64,000 bases of DNA from an uncultured Alphaproteobacteria bacterium (lineage in GTDB: Bacteria; Pseudomonadota; Alphaproteobacteria; Rhizobiales; Beijerinckiaceae), in assembly GCA_963828985.1 (NCBI GenBank), contig CAWHGT010000002.1, positions 264,679 through 328,678 on the forward strand. The letters run 5' to 3'. Position numbers and translations under genes: made by a program. How positions within the stretch are numbered: the first letter of the stretch is position 1; each line of letters opens with the position of its first letter. This document shows, piece by piece, positions 53,907 to 64,000 of the stretch. The notes below the pieces were generated by a model. That model ran no database searches, was not told where the DNA came from, and saw nothing but the letters and a program-made list of their open reading frames with translations.

Positions 53907-54580
53907 ATGGCTCCCAACGACGAGTTTATCCGCGAGGTCGACGACGAATATCGCCGCGACCGGGTCGCGCAGATGTGGAAGCGCTATAACGGCCTGATCA
54001 TCGGCGGCGTTCTCGTCATGCTGGCGCTGGTGGGGGGCTGGCGCTACTGGGAGCACGTGCAGGAAACGCGCGCGCAGGAAGCCGGCGCCCGCTTCGAGGA
54101 AGCGCTGCGCCTGTCTCGCGACGAAAAGAGCGACGGAGGCGAAACCGGTCTTCGAAGCGCTCGCGAAGGAGGCCGACGGAGGCTACACGCTCCTGGCTCG
54201 CTTCCGCCTTGCTGCCGAACTCGGGCAATCCAATGCCGAAGACGGCGCGACGGCCTACGACGCTCTCGCAGCCGACACGAAATTGTCTCCGCTCTGGCAG
54301 GATCTCGCGCGGCTACGCGCCGCCTGGCTGCGTCTCGACAGCGCGGAGCCATCTGTGGTTCGCCCGCCGCTTGAGCGGCTGGCCGTGCCGACGAATCCCT
54401 GGCGCCATTCCGCACGTGAGCTTCTCGGCCTGTCGGGCCTGAAGACCGGCGAGATGGATTTCGCCGGCAAATGGTTCGACCAGATCGCCGCCGATCGCGA
54501 AACGCCCGCAGTCCCTGAAGCAGCGTCTTGCCGTCTATACTGCGCTGGTCGCGGGCGGTCCGGTGCAAGTGACCCAGTGA
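53907..54580 (+). CDS. YfgM-like TPR membrane protein (apparent frameshifts near 54145 and 54515)
   Basis: DEFIREVDDEYRRD..W.RY plus TM; GY.LLARF and WRHSARELLGL in a second frame; upstream of der. Confidence 0.85.
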
Positions 54581-54589
54581 GGACATGAC

Positions 54590-55939
54590 ATGACGCCTCT
54601 CGTCGCCATTGTCGGGCGGCCGAATGTCGGCAAGTCGACCCTGTTCAACCGGCTGGTCGGCAAGAAGCTCGCGCTCGTCGACGACAAGCCCGGCGTCACC
54701 CGCGATCGTCGCGAAGGCGAGGCGCGTCTCGGCGATCTCGAATTCCGCATCATCGACACCGCCGGCCTTGAAGAAGCCACCGAGGAATCGCTCCTCGGGC
54801 GGATGCGCGCGCAGACGGAGGCCGCCATCGGCGATGCCGACGTCATTCTCTTCGTCATCGATGCACGCGTCGGCATCCTGCCCGCCGACCGCCCCTTCGC
54901 CGAAATGGTGCGCCGCTCCGGCAAGCCCGTGATCCTCATCGCCAACAAGGCCGAGGGAAACGCAGGCCTGGCCGGCGCCTACGACGCCTTCTCGCTGGGC
55001 CTCGGCGATCCGGTCCCGTTTTCGGCCGAACACGGCGAAGGCCTGTCGGATCTGTTCGAGTCGCTGATGCCGTTCTTCCCCGATCCCAACGCGGAGCCCG
55101 CGGAGGACGAGGAGGAATCGAAGAAGCCGCTGCAGGTGGCGATCGTCGGACGGCCGAATGCGGGCAAGTCGACGCTCATCAACCGCATGCTCGGCGAGGA
55201 TCGTCTTCTGGTCGGCCCGGAGGCTGGCATCACGCGCGACTCCATCTCCCTCGACTGGAGTTGGCACGGGCGCGAGATCAAGCTGTTCGACACCGCGGGC
55301 TTGCGCAAGCGCGCGCGGGTCGAGGACAAGCTGGAAAAGCTCTCCGTCGCCGATGCGCTGCGGGCCGTGCGCTTCGCCGAGGTGGTGGTGATCTTGCTCG
55401 ATGCCACGATCCCGTTCGAGAAGCAGGATCTGTCGATCGTCGATCTCGTCGAGACGGAAGGGCGCGCCCTTGTCATCGGCGTCAACAAATGGGACCTCGT
55501 GGCCGACCAGCAGGGCCTGTTGAAGGAGCTGAAGGAAAAGGCGACCCGGCTCCTGCCGCAGGTGCGCGGCGCGCCGGTGGTGCCGCTCTCAGGGCTTGCC
55601 GGCACCGGCATCGACCCGCTCATGAAGGCGATCCTGCAGGTCTTCGAGACCTGGAACCGCCGCATCTCCACCGCCAAGCTCAATCAGTGGCTGGCCGATG
55701 CGCTGGAGACCAACCCGCCGCCGGCGGTGTCCGGCCGCCGGATCAAGATCCGCTACATGACGCAGATCAAGGCCCGCCCACCGCATTTCGCCATCTTCGG
55801 CAACCAGCTCGACGCCCTGCCGAAATCCTACTCGCGCTACCTCGTCAACAAACTGCGCGAATCCTTCGACCTGCCCGGCGTGCCGATCAGGATCTCGATG
55901 CGGATGGGCACCAATCCGTTCGACAAGGACAAGAAGTAG
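54590..55939 (+). CDS. der: Ribosome biogenesis GTPase Der
   Basis: Two GTPase domains ([22 protein letters not shown] twice) and a C-terminal KH-like domain. Confidence 0.97.
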   Translation: MTPLVAIVGRPNVGKSTLFNRLVGKKLALVDDKPGVTRDRREGEARLGDLEFRIIDTAGLEEATEESLLGRMRAQTEAAIGDADVILFVIDARVGILPADRPFAEMVRRSGKPVILIANKAEGNAGLAGAYDAFSLGLGDPVPFSAEHGEGLSDLFESLMPFFPDPNAEPAEDEEESKKPLQVAIVGRPNAGKSTLINRMLGEDRLLVGPEAGITRDSISLDWSWHGREIKLFDTAGLRKRARVEDKLEKLSVADALRAVRFAEVVVILLDATIPFEKQDLSIVDLVETEGRALVIGVNKWDLVADQQGLLKELKEKATRLLPQVRGAPVVPLSGLAGTGIDPLMKAILQVFETWNRRISTAKLNQWLADALETNPPPAVSGRRIKIRYMTQIKARPPHFAIFGNQLDALPKSYSRYLVNKLRESFDLPGVPIRISMRMGTNPFDKDKK

Positions 55940-55946
55940 AAAAGGC

Positions 55947-56007
55947 GTGAGTGGCGAGTGGTGAGTAGGAAGCTCTTGCCCTTCACTACTCACTACTCAC
56001 CATTCAC
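55947..56007. repeat. Heptamer-built hairpin (GYGAGTR x3 / YAYTCAC x3) between convergent genes
   Basis: GTGAGTG GCGAGTG GTGAGTA (55947-55967) and TACTCAC TACTCAC CATTCAC (55987-56007). Confidence 0.75.
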
Positions 56008-56009
56008 TC

Positions 56010-56750
56010 CTACTCCGGCAGCTGCGGCGTCAGCACTTTGCCTTGCGGGAAATCCCAGATCTTGCCGGTCTCGTTCCATGAGGGCAGGGCGAGGTTCAGG
56101 ATGTGCGGCGCGAGGTCGTCCGGCGTCTTCAGCGTCGTCGGGTCTTCACCCGGCATCGCGGCGCGGCGCATGTTGGTGCGCAACGGGCCGGGATTGAGAA
56201 GCATTACCTTCAGCGGCGTCGTCAGCGTTTCGGCCGCATAGGTGCGCACCAGGATTTCGAGAGCTGCTTTCGAGATGGCGTAGGGTCCCCAATAGGCCGT
56301 TGCCTTGTGGGCGGCGCCCGACGACACGAAGATCGCGCGCCCTGCATCGGAGGCGCGCAGCAGCGGGTCGAGAGCGCGGATCAGGCGATAATTCGCCGTC
56401 ACGTTGATGGCCATCACCTCGTCCCAGACCGGCTGGTCGATATGGGTGATCGGCGCGAGTTCACCGAGAACGCCCGCATTGCCGAGCAGGATATCGAGCT
56501 TGCCCCAACGCTCGTGGATCGCTGCGCCCAGCCGGTCGAAAGCCTCGAAATCCTTGATGTTCACCGGCACGAGAGTGGCGGATGAACCCTTGGCGCGGAT
56601 CTCGTCGTCGAGGGATTCGAGCGCCCCTTGGGTGCGGGCAAGCGCGATCACGTGGGCGCCTGCTTCGGCGAAAGCCAATGCGGCAGCGCGCCCAATTCCG
56701 CGCGACGCGCCGGTGACGACTGCAACGCGGTTCGAGAGTGGCTTGGTCAT
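56010..56750 (-). CDS. SDR family oxidoreductase
   Basis: TGASRGIG, GNAG, YAISKAA, NPG. Confidence 0.93.
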   Translation of the reverse strand: MTKPLSNRVAVVTGASRGIGRAAALAFAEAGAHVIALARTQGALESLDDEIRAKGSSATLVPVNIKDFEAFDRLGAAIHERWGKLDILLGNAGVLGELAPITHIDQPVWDEVMAINVTANYRLIRALDPLLRASDAGRAIFVSSGAAHKATAYWGPYAISKAALEILVRTYAAETLTTPLKVMLLNPGPLRTNMRRAAMPGEDPTTLKTPDDLAPHILNLALPSWNETGKIWDFPQGKVLTPQLPE

Positions 56751-56777
56751 GGGTCCTCGAAAGAGAGTTCAGGCCGG

Positions 56778-58265
56778 CTAATCGGCCTCGGCCAGAAGGG
56801 AGAGACGGCGCGGCGTCGCTATCGTGAGATCGGTCAGCGCCGTCGGATAATCGCCCGTGAAGCAATGATCGGTGAATTGCGGCTGCGCCGGATTGCGCGC
56901 CGCCTCGCCCATGGAGCGATAGAGGCCTTCGACCGACAGGAAGGCCAGCGAATCCGCGCCGATATAGGCGCGCATCTGCTCGAGATCGTGGGTTGCTGCC
57001 AGCAGCTTGTCCTTCTCGGGCGTGTCGATGCCGTAGAAATCCGGATGGGTGATCGGCGGGGAGGCGATGCGGAAATGCACTTCGCGCGCGCCGGCTTCGC
57101 GCATCATGCGCACGATCTTCACCGACGTGGTGCCGCGCACGAGACTGTCATCCACGAGCACGATGCTCTTGCCCTCGACCGCCGCGCGGTTGGCCGAATG
57201 CTTCATGCGCACGCCGAGTTCGCGCACCGATTGCGTCGGCTGGATGAAGGTTCGCCCCACATAATGGTTGCGGATGATGCCGAGTTCATAAGGCAAGCCC
57301 GATGCGCGGGCGAAACCGAATGCAGCGGGCACGCCGGAATCGGGCACCGGGATGACCACGTCGGCATTCGCCGGCGATTCGACCGCGAGCTGCTGGCCCA
57401 TTTTCTTGCGCACGTCGTAGACGCTGCGGCCGTTCACGATGGAATCGGGCCGGGCGAAATAGATGTATTCGAAGATGCAGGGACGCGCGGGCTGCTTCGG
57501 CGCGTAGCGATAGGATTCGATGCCGTCGTCGGAGATCACGACGGCCTCGCCGTTCTCGATGTCGCGCACGAAGCGCGCGCCGATGATGTCGAGCGCACAG
57601 GTTTCCGACGTCAGGATATAGCGTCCGTCGAGTTCGCCGAGCACCAGCGGACGGATGCCGAGGGGATCGCGGGCGCCCATCAGCTTCTTGTTGGTGAGCG
57701 CGACGAGCGAGAAGGCGCCCTCGATGGTTTTGACCGCTTCGAGGAAACGATCGACCACGCGCTCCTCGCGACTGCGCGCCACAAGGTGGACGATGACCTC
57801 GGTATCGGTGGTGGATTGGCAGATCGCGCCGTCGCGGATGAGATTGCGCCGAAGGGTCAGGCCGTTGGTGAGATTGCCGTTATGCGCAACCGCGAAGCCG
57901 CCGCCATCGAGTTCGGCGAAGAGCGGCTGGACGTTGCGCAGGATGGTGCCGCCGGTGGTCGAATAGCGCACGTGGCCGATGGCCGAGAGGCCTTCCAGCC
58001 GTTCGATCACCGAGCGGTCGGAAAATCCGTCACCGACCAGGCCCAGGCGGCGTTCGAGATGAAAGACATGGCCGTCGAATGAGACGATGCCGGCTGCTTC
58101 CTGCCCGCGATGCTGCAGGGCGTGGAGGCCGAGCGCCGTGATGGCCGCGGCGTCGGGATGTCCATAGATGCCGAAGACGCCGCATTCCTCACGCAGGGTG
58201 TCGCCTTCGAGGTCGAGGTCGATTGCCTTGGGCTCGACCTGCCTCGTCTCGGACCATGCAGACAT
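56778..58265 (-). CDS. purF: Amidophosphoribosyltransferase
   Basis: EECGVFG, LQHRGQE, GHVRYST, LVDDSLVRGTT, FYGIDTP. Confidence 0.97.
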   Translation of the reverse strand: MSAWSETRQVEPKAIDLDLEGDTLREECGVFGIYGHPDAAAITALGLHALQHRGQEAAGIVSFDGHVFHLERRLGLVGDGFSDRSVIERLEGLSAIGHVRYSTTGGTILRNVQPLFAELDGGGFAVAHNGNLTNGLTLRRNLIRDGAICQSTTDTEVIVHLVARSREERVVDRFLEAVKTIEGAFSLVALTNKKLMGARDPLGIRPLVLGELDGRYILTSETCALDIIGARFVRDIENGEAVVISDDGIESYRYAPKQPARPCIFEYIYFARPDSIVNGRSVYDVRKKMGQQLAVESPANADVVIPVPDSGVPAAFGFARASGLPYELGIIRNHYVGRTFIQPTQSVRELGVRMKHSANRAAVEGKSIVLVDDSLVRGTTSVKIVRMMREAGAREVHFRIASPPITHPDFYGIDTPEKDKLLAATHDLEQMRAYIGADSLAFLSVEGLYRSMGEAARNPAQPQFTDHCFTGDYPTALTDLTIATPRRLSLLAEAD

Positions 58266-58380
58266 GTTCTTTTCCCCGGATCTGCGAACCTGTCAGGCCC
58301 GCCAGAACCCTATGTAGGCGGCCTTGCGCCAAACCGCCAATGTCCATCCGTATCGCCTCCCATGCGGAGGGCGCAACATC

Positions 58381-59049
58381 TTACCCGCGCGGCTGCGGCG
58401 GCTGGCCCGGACGCGGAGCGGGCGATCCGCGGGCGCCCGGGGTGCGGGCGGCGCATTCGCGGCGGGCGGATTGGCTGTCGGGGCCGCGCGCTGCGGATCG
58501 GGCTCGGCCGGTTCAGCCGGATCCGGCTCCCGGTTGGCGCCCTTTTCGCGCAGGCGCTGCAGCAGCGCTTCGGCGTTCTCGGGCAGCATCGCCACGATGT
58601 TGTCGCGGGTGTTCTCCATCGCCGAACGGGTCTTGGACGTCGCGGCCCAATCGGGGTTCTTGCCCTGGAGCAGCCAGCCCATGAAGGCCCAGCCGATGAC
58701 GCAAATCAGGAACCCGCGCAGCGCGCCGAAGAACAGACCAAGCGTGCGATCGAGGGCGCCGATGCGCGAATCGAGGATCATGTCGGAGATTTGAACGGTG
58801 ATGATCGACACGATGATCAGCGTGACGACGAATATCGCCGCCGATCGAGGCCACCAGCGCGATGGTGCCGTTGTGAATGTATTGCTGCGCCAAGGGCAGG
58901 AGCATCGGGTGCAGGTACCAGGCGACCGCCGCTGCCGCGACCCACGCGACGATGGCCAGCACTTCGCGGGTGAACCCACGGACGGCAGCCAGAAGAGCCG
59001 AGATCACGACGACGCCGAGGACGACGAGGTCCAGAATAGAAAAGGGCAT
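58381..59049 (-). CDS. cvpA: CvpA family membrane protein (apparent frameshifts near 58845 and 58420)
   Basis: AVRGFTREVL, ILDSRIGALDRTLG.FFGALRG; upstream of purF. Confidence 0.88.
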
Positions 59050-59169
59050 GAACCAACCTGACGAGATGGGGCCGCCTTCGCGGCTTCGAGGCGAGGGGGT
59101 GTATAACCTCAAGAAAGCGCGTTCGTCACCTCATCGTGTGGACGTAGTGCCGGAGTTTTGCCGGTTCCA

Positions 59170-59307
59170 GTCATTCCGGGAGGCGGAGCCGGGCCGGGAA
59201 CCCATAAACGTCAGCGGTCTGACGGATAGGGGCCGAGCGGTTGCGGCCTTCTCGAACAGCGCTGGTGTTGACGGGTTCCGGGCTCCGCCTGAGCGGCCCG
59301 GAATGAC
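59170..59307. repeat. REPIN-like element, family C (GTCATTCCGGG...CCCGGAATGAC)
   Basis: Perfect 11-bp terminal inverted repeat plus internal AGGCGGAGCC/GGCTCCGCCT. Confidence 0.8.
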
Positions 59308-59424
59308 GGAGTGTCGCGCTCGACGGGAGAATTCAAACCGGGTCGCGATCTCTGAACGAGGTCTTCGACGACTCCGTCGGGCAGCAAGGCCGACTGTGAC
59401 GACCGAATCTGCGGCCTCGTGTCC

Positions 59425-59460
59425 AAAAACAAAAGCCCCGATGGCAAGCATCGGGGCTTT
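59425..59460 (-). terminator. Rho-independent terminator after the cadherin/RTX gene
   Basis: AAAGCCCCGATG/CATCGGGGCTTT 12-bp stem with a T-rich tail on the minus strand. Confidence 0.8.
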
Positions 59461-59483
59461 GAAAGGCTTGATCGCAGTATTGA

Positions 59484-60605
59484 TCAGACGAACAGGAAAT
59501 CGTCCGCCGAAACTGTGGTGCCCGGCTTCAGCTTGAGAATTTCGATTCCCTTGTGATGGCCGGATCCATCCGCATCAAGATAAACGAAGCCGTTTTTCTT
59601 GTTGTAATAGACGTAATCGTTCTTGTCCTTGGACTCGCTGCCGACCGTGAAGAACTTCTTGGGCAGCTTGCCGTGCTTGAGCGCCTTGACGTTGAACGAT
59701 TTCAGCGCCGACAGATTGAACTGAAGGGTGTCGTCGGCCGAGTTGAAGTCGGTCACCTGGTCGAAACCGCCCTTGCGGAGGGCAGCGTCGAACACGAAAA
59801 TGTCCTTGCCCGGCGCCGCCGGTGAGCTGGTCCTTGCCGAGGCCGCCATTGATGATGTCATCACCGCCGAGGCCATAGATCTTGTCGTTGCCGGCATCGC
59901 CATTGATGACGTCGGCGCCCTCGGTGCCGGTGATCTTGTCGTTGCGCTTGGTGCCGGAAACCGTGTCGATTCCATCATTCACGCCGATGGTGATGGTCTT
60001 CTCGAAGGTCAGGCCGCCCGCATCCTTGACCTGCAATTTGATCTGATGGGACGTCGCGGTCTCGAAATCGAGCTTCGCGCCGTCAGCCACGAGCAGCTTC
60101 TTGCCGGAAGCATCGAGCTTGAAACGGCCGCCGGCGCTGTCTGTCAGAGTGTAGGTGAACGTGTCGTTCGCGTCCGGGTCAATCGCCGCGAGCGGGCCGA
60201 TCTCCGTGCCGTTGGCAGCGTTTTCGGCAATTGCGGGCGCGGAAAGCGTCAGGACACCGACGTCGATTGGGGCCTCGTTGACATTGGTCAGGGTGATGGT
60301 GAATGGAGCCGCGATGATGACCGTCGTTTCGTCTGCCGGTCGCGGAGATGGCAAGCGCGAAGGTGTTGATCCCTTCGAAATTGAACAGGCTGGTGTCATC
60401 GGCACTCGGCGCCGATCTTGACAACAAGATCGAATCCCGTGGCCGTGGCCACGATTTCGAACCGATCGCTGAAGTTGTCGGCAAGCGTATACTTGAATGT
60501 CTCGCCAGTCGCCGCCGCCTGTCACGCTCAGAGAGCCGATGACGGTGCCGTCTTGAGGGGTTTTCCGCAAGGGTCGTGTGCCGAGAGATCGATGGTAGCG
60601 GCCAT
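59484..60605 (-). CDS. Secreted cadherin-domain / RTX calcium-binding protein (several apparent frameshifts)
   Basis: IAENAANGTEIG, DPDANDTFTY, LDFETA (cadherin); GDAGND, GLGGDD, GGLGKD nonapeptides; C-terminal DADGSG...DDFLFV. Confidence 0.85.
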
Positions 60606-60759
60606 GCGTATTCCTCGAGGTAAAGCTCTGGGCCTCATCTCGTCGGGCTGCGTAGCTTCGGAATTCGGATCGTAAATTGATACAATATTTCAACAAAAGT
60701 GTCAAATGCTGATTCGGTCGGTGCGAGTTCCTATCAGTGCGATAGCATTTCGTACCATT

Positions 60760-62145
60760 TCACCGCCTCCGCGCCGCGATCCCCGCCACCAGATCGGTGA
60801 TGTGCGCCATTGAAGCGGCTCCCACCGGCAGGCGCTCTTTCTTGTCTCCCCTCGGCGCGGGCATCACGGCGCTGGAAAATCCGAGCTTGGTCGCTTCCTT
60901 CAGTCGGGCTGGCGCCTGCGCCACGGGCCGAATCGCACCCGATAGACCGAGCTCTCCGAAATAAACCGTATCGGGCGGCAACGCGGAGCCGGAGAGCGAC
61001 GAGATCAGGGCCGCCGCCGCCGCAAGATCCGCCGCCGGCTCGGAGATGCGCAAACCGCCTGCCACGTTGAGGTAGACATCATGCTGGCCGAGCCGCAGGC
61101 CGCCATGGGCCTCGAGCACCGCCAGCACCATCGACAGCCGGCTCTGATCCCAGCCAACGACGGCCCGGCGCGGCGTGCCCAGCGATGAGGGCGCGACCAG
61201 CGCCTGGATTTCCACCAGCACGGGGCGCGTGCCTTCCATGCCGGCGAATACGGCGGTTCCGGCGGTGGCGAGGTCGCGGCCGGCGAGGAAGAGTTCGGAC
61301 GGATTGGTCACCTCGCGCAGGCCCTGATCGGACATTTCGAAGACGCCGATTTCGTCGGTCGGCCCGAAGCGGTTCTTCACCGCCCGCATGATGCGGAAAT
61401 GGTGGCCGCCATCGCCCTCGAACGACACCACCGCGTCGACCATGTGCTCCACCACGCGAGGACCGGCGATCTGCCCGTCCTTGGTCACGTGGCCGACAAG
61501 GATGACGACGGTGCCGGTGGTCTTGGCGAAGCGGATCAGCGCCTGCGCGCTGCCGCGAACCTGCGTCACCGTGCCGGGCGCCGATTCCACCGTCTCGGTC
61601 CACATGGTCTGGATCGAATCGATGATGGCGAGCGCCGGCGGCCGCCCTTGCGACAGGGTCGCGATGATGTCCTCGACGTTGGTCTCGGAGGCGAGTTCGA
61701 CGGGCGATTGGCCGAGCCCCAGACGCTCGGCGCGAAGACGCACCTGCGCCACCGCCTCTTCGCCCGAGATATAGGCGACCCGATGGCCCTGGTTGGCGAG
61801 CGCGGCGGAGGCCTGCGTCAGCAGCGTCGATTTCCCGATGCCCGGATCGCCGCCGATGAGGATCACCGAGCCGTGGACGAAGCCGCCGCCGGTGACGCGA
61901 TCCAGTTCGCCGATGCCGGACGGCATGCGAGGCGCTTCCTTGGTCTCGCCGGAAAGCCCTTCAAGCGTGAAGATCCGGCCCTTGGCGCGCGACGGGCGGG
62001 TGGCGACCGGACCCGCCATCGCGCTCATGGCGCCGATTTCCTCGACGATGGTGTTCCATTCGCCGCAGGCTTCGCATTTGCCCTTCCAGCGATTGGTGAC
62101 CGCGCCGCAATTCTGACAGGCGAAAGAGGGTTGGCGTTTCGCCAT
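60760..62145 (-). CDS. radA: DNA repair protein RadA/Sms
   Basis: CQNCG..W.GKCEACG, GDPGIGKST, IDSIQT, KNRFG, LNVAGG. Confidence 0.97.
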   Translation of the reverse strand: MAKRQPSFACQNCGAVTNRWKGKCEACGEWNTIVEEIGAMSAMAGPVATRPSRAKGRIFTLEGLSGETKEAPRMPSGIGELDRVTGGGFVHGSVILIGGDPGIGKSTLLTQASAALANQGHRVAYISGEEAVAQVRLRAERLGLGQSPVELASETNVEDIIATLSQGRPPALAIIDSIQTMWTETVESAPGTVTQVRGSAQALIRFAKTTGTVVILVGHVTKDGQIAGPRVVEHMVDAVVSFEGDGGHHFRIMRAVKNRFGPTDEIGVFEMSDQGLREVTNPSELFLAGRDLATAGTAVFAGMEGTRPVLVEIQALVAPSSLGTPRRAVVGWDQSRLSMVLAVLEAHGGLRLGQHDVYLNVAGGLRISEPAADLAAAAALISSLSGSALPPDTVYFGELGLSGAIRPVAQAPARLKEATKLGFSSAVMPAPRGDKKERLPVGAASMAHITDLVAGIAARRR

Positions 62146-63303
62146 CAGGATTGCGCCTCGCGGTAATGCCGCGCATAGCGCGCACCAAGGTTGGTGAGAA
62201 TTTCGTACCCGATGGTGCCGGCGCGACGGCCGACTTCGTCGATGGTGAGATCGCCGCCGATGAGCGTGACGCGGTCGCCGCGCGCGATCTCGCCTTCCGG
62301 GCACATCCGTGACGTCGATGATGATGAGATCCATCGAACCGTGCCGACAAACGGGCACGGGCGTTCGCCGATCATCGCCATGCCGGCAAGGATCGATTCG
62401 CCGCTGCCGCCGCGGGCGCTCGCGCCGCGGGGATAGCCGTCCGCATAGCCCACCGAGAGCGTCGCGATCCGCCGACGCTCGGTGCGCGACCCAGCGGGCA
62501 TTGTAGCCGACGGTGTCGTCACGCCTCGATCCAGCGCAGCTGCACGATGCGGCCCTCGAGCCCGACCACCGGACGCATGGGGTTTTCAGCGGAGGGCGTC
62601 GGGTTGCCGCCATAGAGCGCGTAGCCGGGCCGCACGAGGTCGAAATGCGGCTTGTCTTTCAGGAAGATGCCGGACGAATTCGAAAGCGAGGCGCGAACGC
62701 CCGGCAGCGTATTTCGCACAGCCTGAAACGCCTCGATCTGGCGCCGGTTGATCGGATTTTCGTTTTCCTCGGCGCTGACGAAATGACTCATCAGCAGCGC
62801 GGGCGTGAAATCCTTCAAGTGCGGATTGTCCTTCAGCACCATGCCGTCGCCGACGGCCGAGTCCGAGCCGGTTCATGCCGGTATCCACGTGGATGGCGGC
62901 CTCGAGCTTTTGCGACTGCGCGCGGCAGAAGCCCGCCCATTCGTCGACATCCTCCGATGAGCCGAGAACCGGCCGAAGCCGGTGTCGGAAATAGGCGTCG
63001 GTCGATCCCGGCAGGAGGCCGTTGAGCACGTAGATGATGGCGTTCGGAGCGACCGCCCGCGCACGAACGGCCTCGCCGATATGCGCCACGAAGAATGTCT
63101 CGCAGCCGGCTCTCGCCAGTGCGGGAACCGCGCGCTCGATGCCGATGCCGTAGGCATTCGCCTTGACCACCGCGGCGGTCTCCGCACCGCCTGCGGCGTC
63201 GCGCAAGGTACGCCAGTTACGCGCCAGCGCGTCGAGATCGATATGGAGAATTCCACCCGCTTCGGCGTCGGGAGGTTCGGGGCTGTCGTGTGATTGTCGA
63301 CAT
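62145..63303 (-). CDS. alr: Alanine racemase (several apparent frameshifts)
   Basis: AVVKANAYG, HVDTGMNRLG, MSHF, VRPGYALYG, VGYADGY, GTIGYEILT across frames. Confidence 0.93.
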
Positions 63304-63338
63304 CGTCACACGCTAAACCCATGGCGGCCGCACGTGAG

Positions 63339-63497
63339 CTCTCCTCCCCCTTGCGGGGAGGAGCTGGAGGTGGGGGTGGATCGACCGGGTGAGCCGTGAG
63401 TGTCGACGTCGTAGAATGTCGTGCGACGCCATTGCTCGAGCGAGACTCGACTTTTCAACCCCCACCCTCGACCCTCCCCGCAAGGGGGAGGGAAGAG
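63339..63497. repeat. REP-like palindromic element, family A, inverted pair
   Basis: 63339-63377 and the inverted copy at about 63457-63497; matches 2188-2226. Confidence 0.85.
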
Positions 63498-63532
63498 CGC
63501 GGCGCGAACCTGCGGCGAATCAAATGAAGGCG

Positions 63533-64000
63533 TCAATCGCCCATCCGTTCGGGAAGCTTGTCCTCGTCGGCGAGGTTGGTGAAGCGGGTGATGTCGGCCT
63601 GGAAGGCGAGCTGGATCGTGCCGGTCGGGCCGTGACGCTGCTTGCCGATGATGACTTCGGCCTTGCCGTGGACCTGATCCATTTCCGACTGCCACTTGAA
63701 GTATTCCTCGGTGCCGGGCTTCGGCTCCTTGTTCTTCAGATAATACTCTTCGCGGTAGACGAACATCACCACGTCGGCGTCCTGCTCGATGGAGCCGGAT
63801 TCGCGAAGGTCGGACAGTTGCGGCCGCTTGTCGTCGCGGGATTCCACCTGACGGGAGAGCTGGGAGAGCGCGATCACCGGCACCGCGAGTTCCTTGGCGA
63901 GCGCCTTCAGGCCGGTGGTGATCTCGGTCAGCTCCTGCACGCGGTTCTCGCCCTTCTTGGCCGAACCCGAGAGAAGCTGGAGGTAGTCGACGATCAGCAC
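63533..64000 (-). CDS. dnaB: Replicative DNA helicase DnaB, C-terminal part (5' end outside window)
   Basis: [36 protein letters not shown]. Confidence 0.97.
   Translation of the reverse strand: MLIVDYLQLLSGSAKKGENRVQELTEITTGLKALAKELAVPVIALSQLSRQVESRDDKRPQLSDLRESGSIEQDADVVMFVYREEYYLKNKEPKPGTEEYFKWQSEMDQVHGKAEVIIGKQRHGPTGTIQLAFQADITRFTNLADEDKLPERMGD

Noticed and set aside
55947-56015. Possible mini-CRISPR
   Set aside because: 7-nt units forming one hairpin, no unique spacers and no cas genes
58055-58066. PurF FHLERR (often FHSERR) as another GANTC-linked Ser-to-Leu change
   Set aside because: The codon is CTC, not TTG, and the context is not GANTC
59308-59425. Possible ZTP or purine riboswitch upstream of cvpA-purF
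   Set aside because: Could not match the conserved aptamer motifs by eye, and a REPIN separates it from cvpA; an Infernal scan would settle it

Overview
GC-rich alphaproteobacterial chromosomal segment (Hyphomicrobiales; the cadherin/RTX protein tail and gene order suggest Microvirga/Methylobacteriaceae, which is an inference). It is mostly core genes: clpA (3' end), eipB, dinB, divK, rpmG, rnr, parE, topA, aidB, pyrB-pyrC-plsY-dprA, arfB, epmB-epmA/efp, ppx-rlmE, guaB-rsmB-guaA, TRAP dctQM, panB, der, purF-cvpA, radA-alr-dnaB. Small accessory modules are interspersed: ArsR/MFS, kdpD'-kdpE-kup, ArsR-SRPBCC-GST, and a cadherin/RTX protein. I found no rRNA, tRNA, CRISPR, transposase, integrase or prophage. 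About 20 apparent frameshifts, including in rpmG, guaA and alr, indicate an error-prone assembly rather than pseudogenisation. I see no clear large novel system. The best candidates for undescribed biology are small: (1) an unannotated two-hairpin sRNA with a C-rich loop behind a perfect EcfG/sigmaT promoter between parE and rnr; (2) a truncated KdpD/KdpE pair with a KdpE-box-like site in front of kup instead of kdpABC; (3) an unannotated 58-aa membrane protein antisense-overlapping mgtC; (4) a structured element led by a LexA-like box where pleD normally follows divK. Four alphaproteobacterial REP-type palindrome families and a cluster of sequence anomalies at CGANTC (CcrM) sites are also visible.
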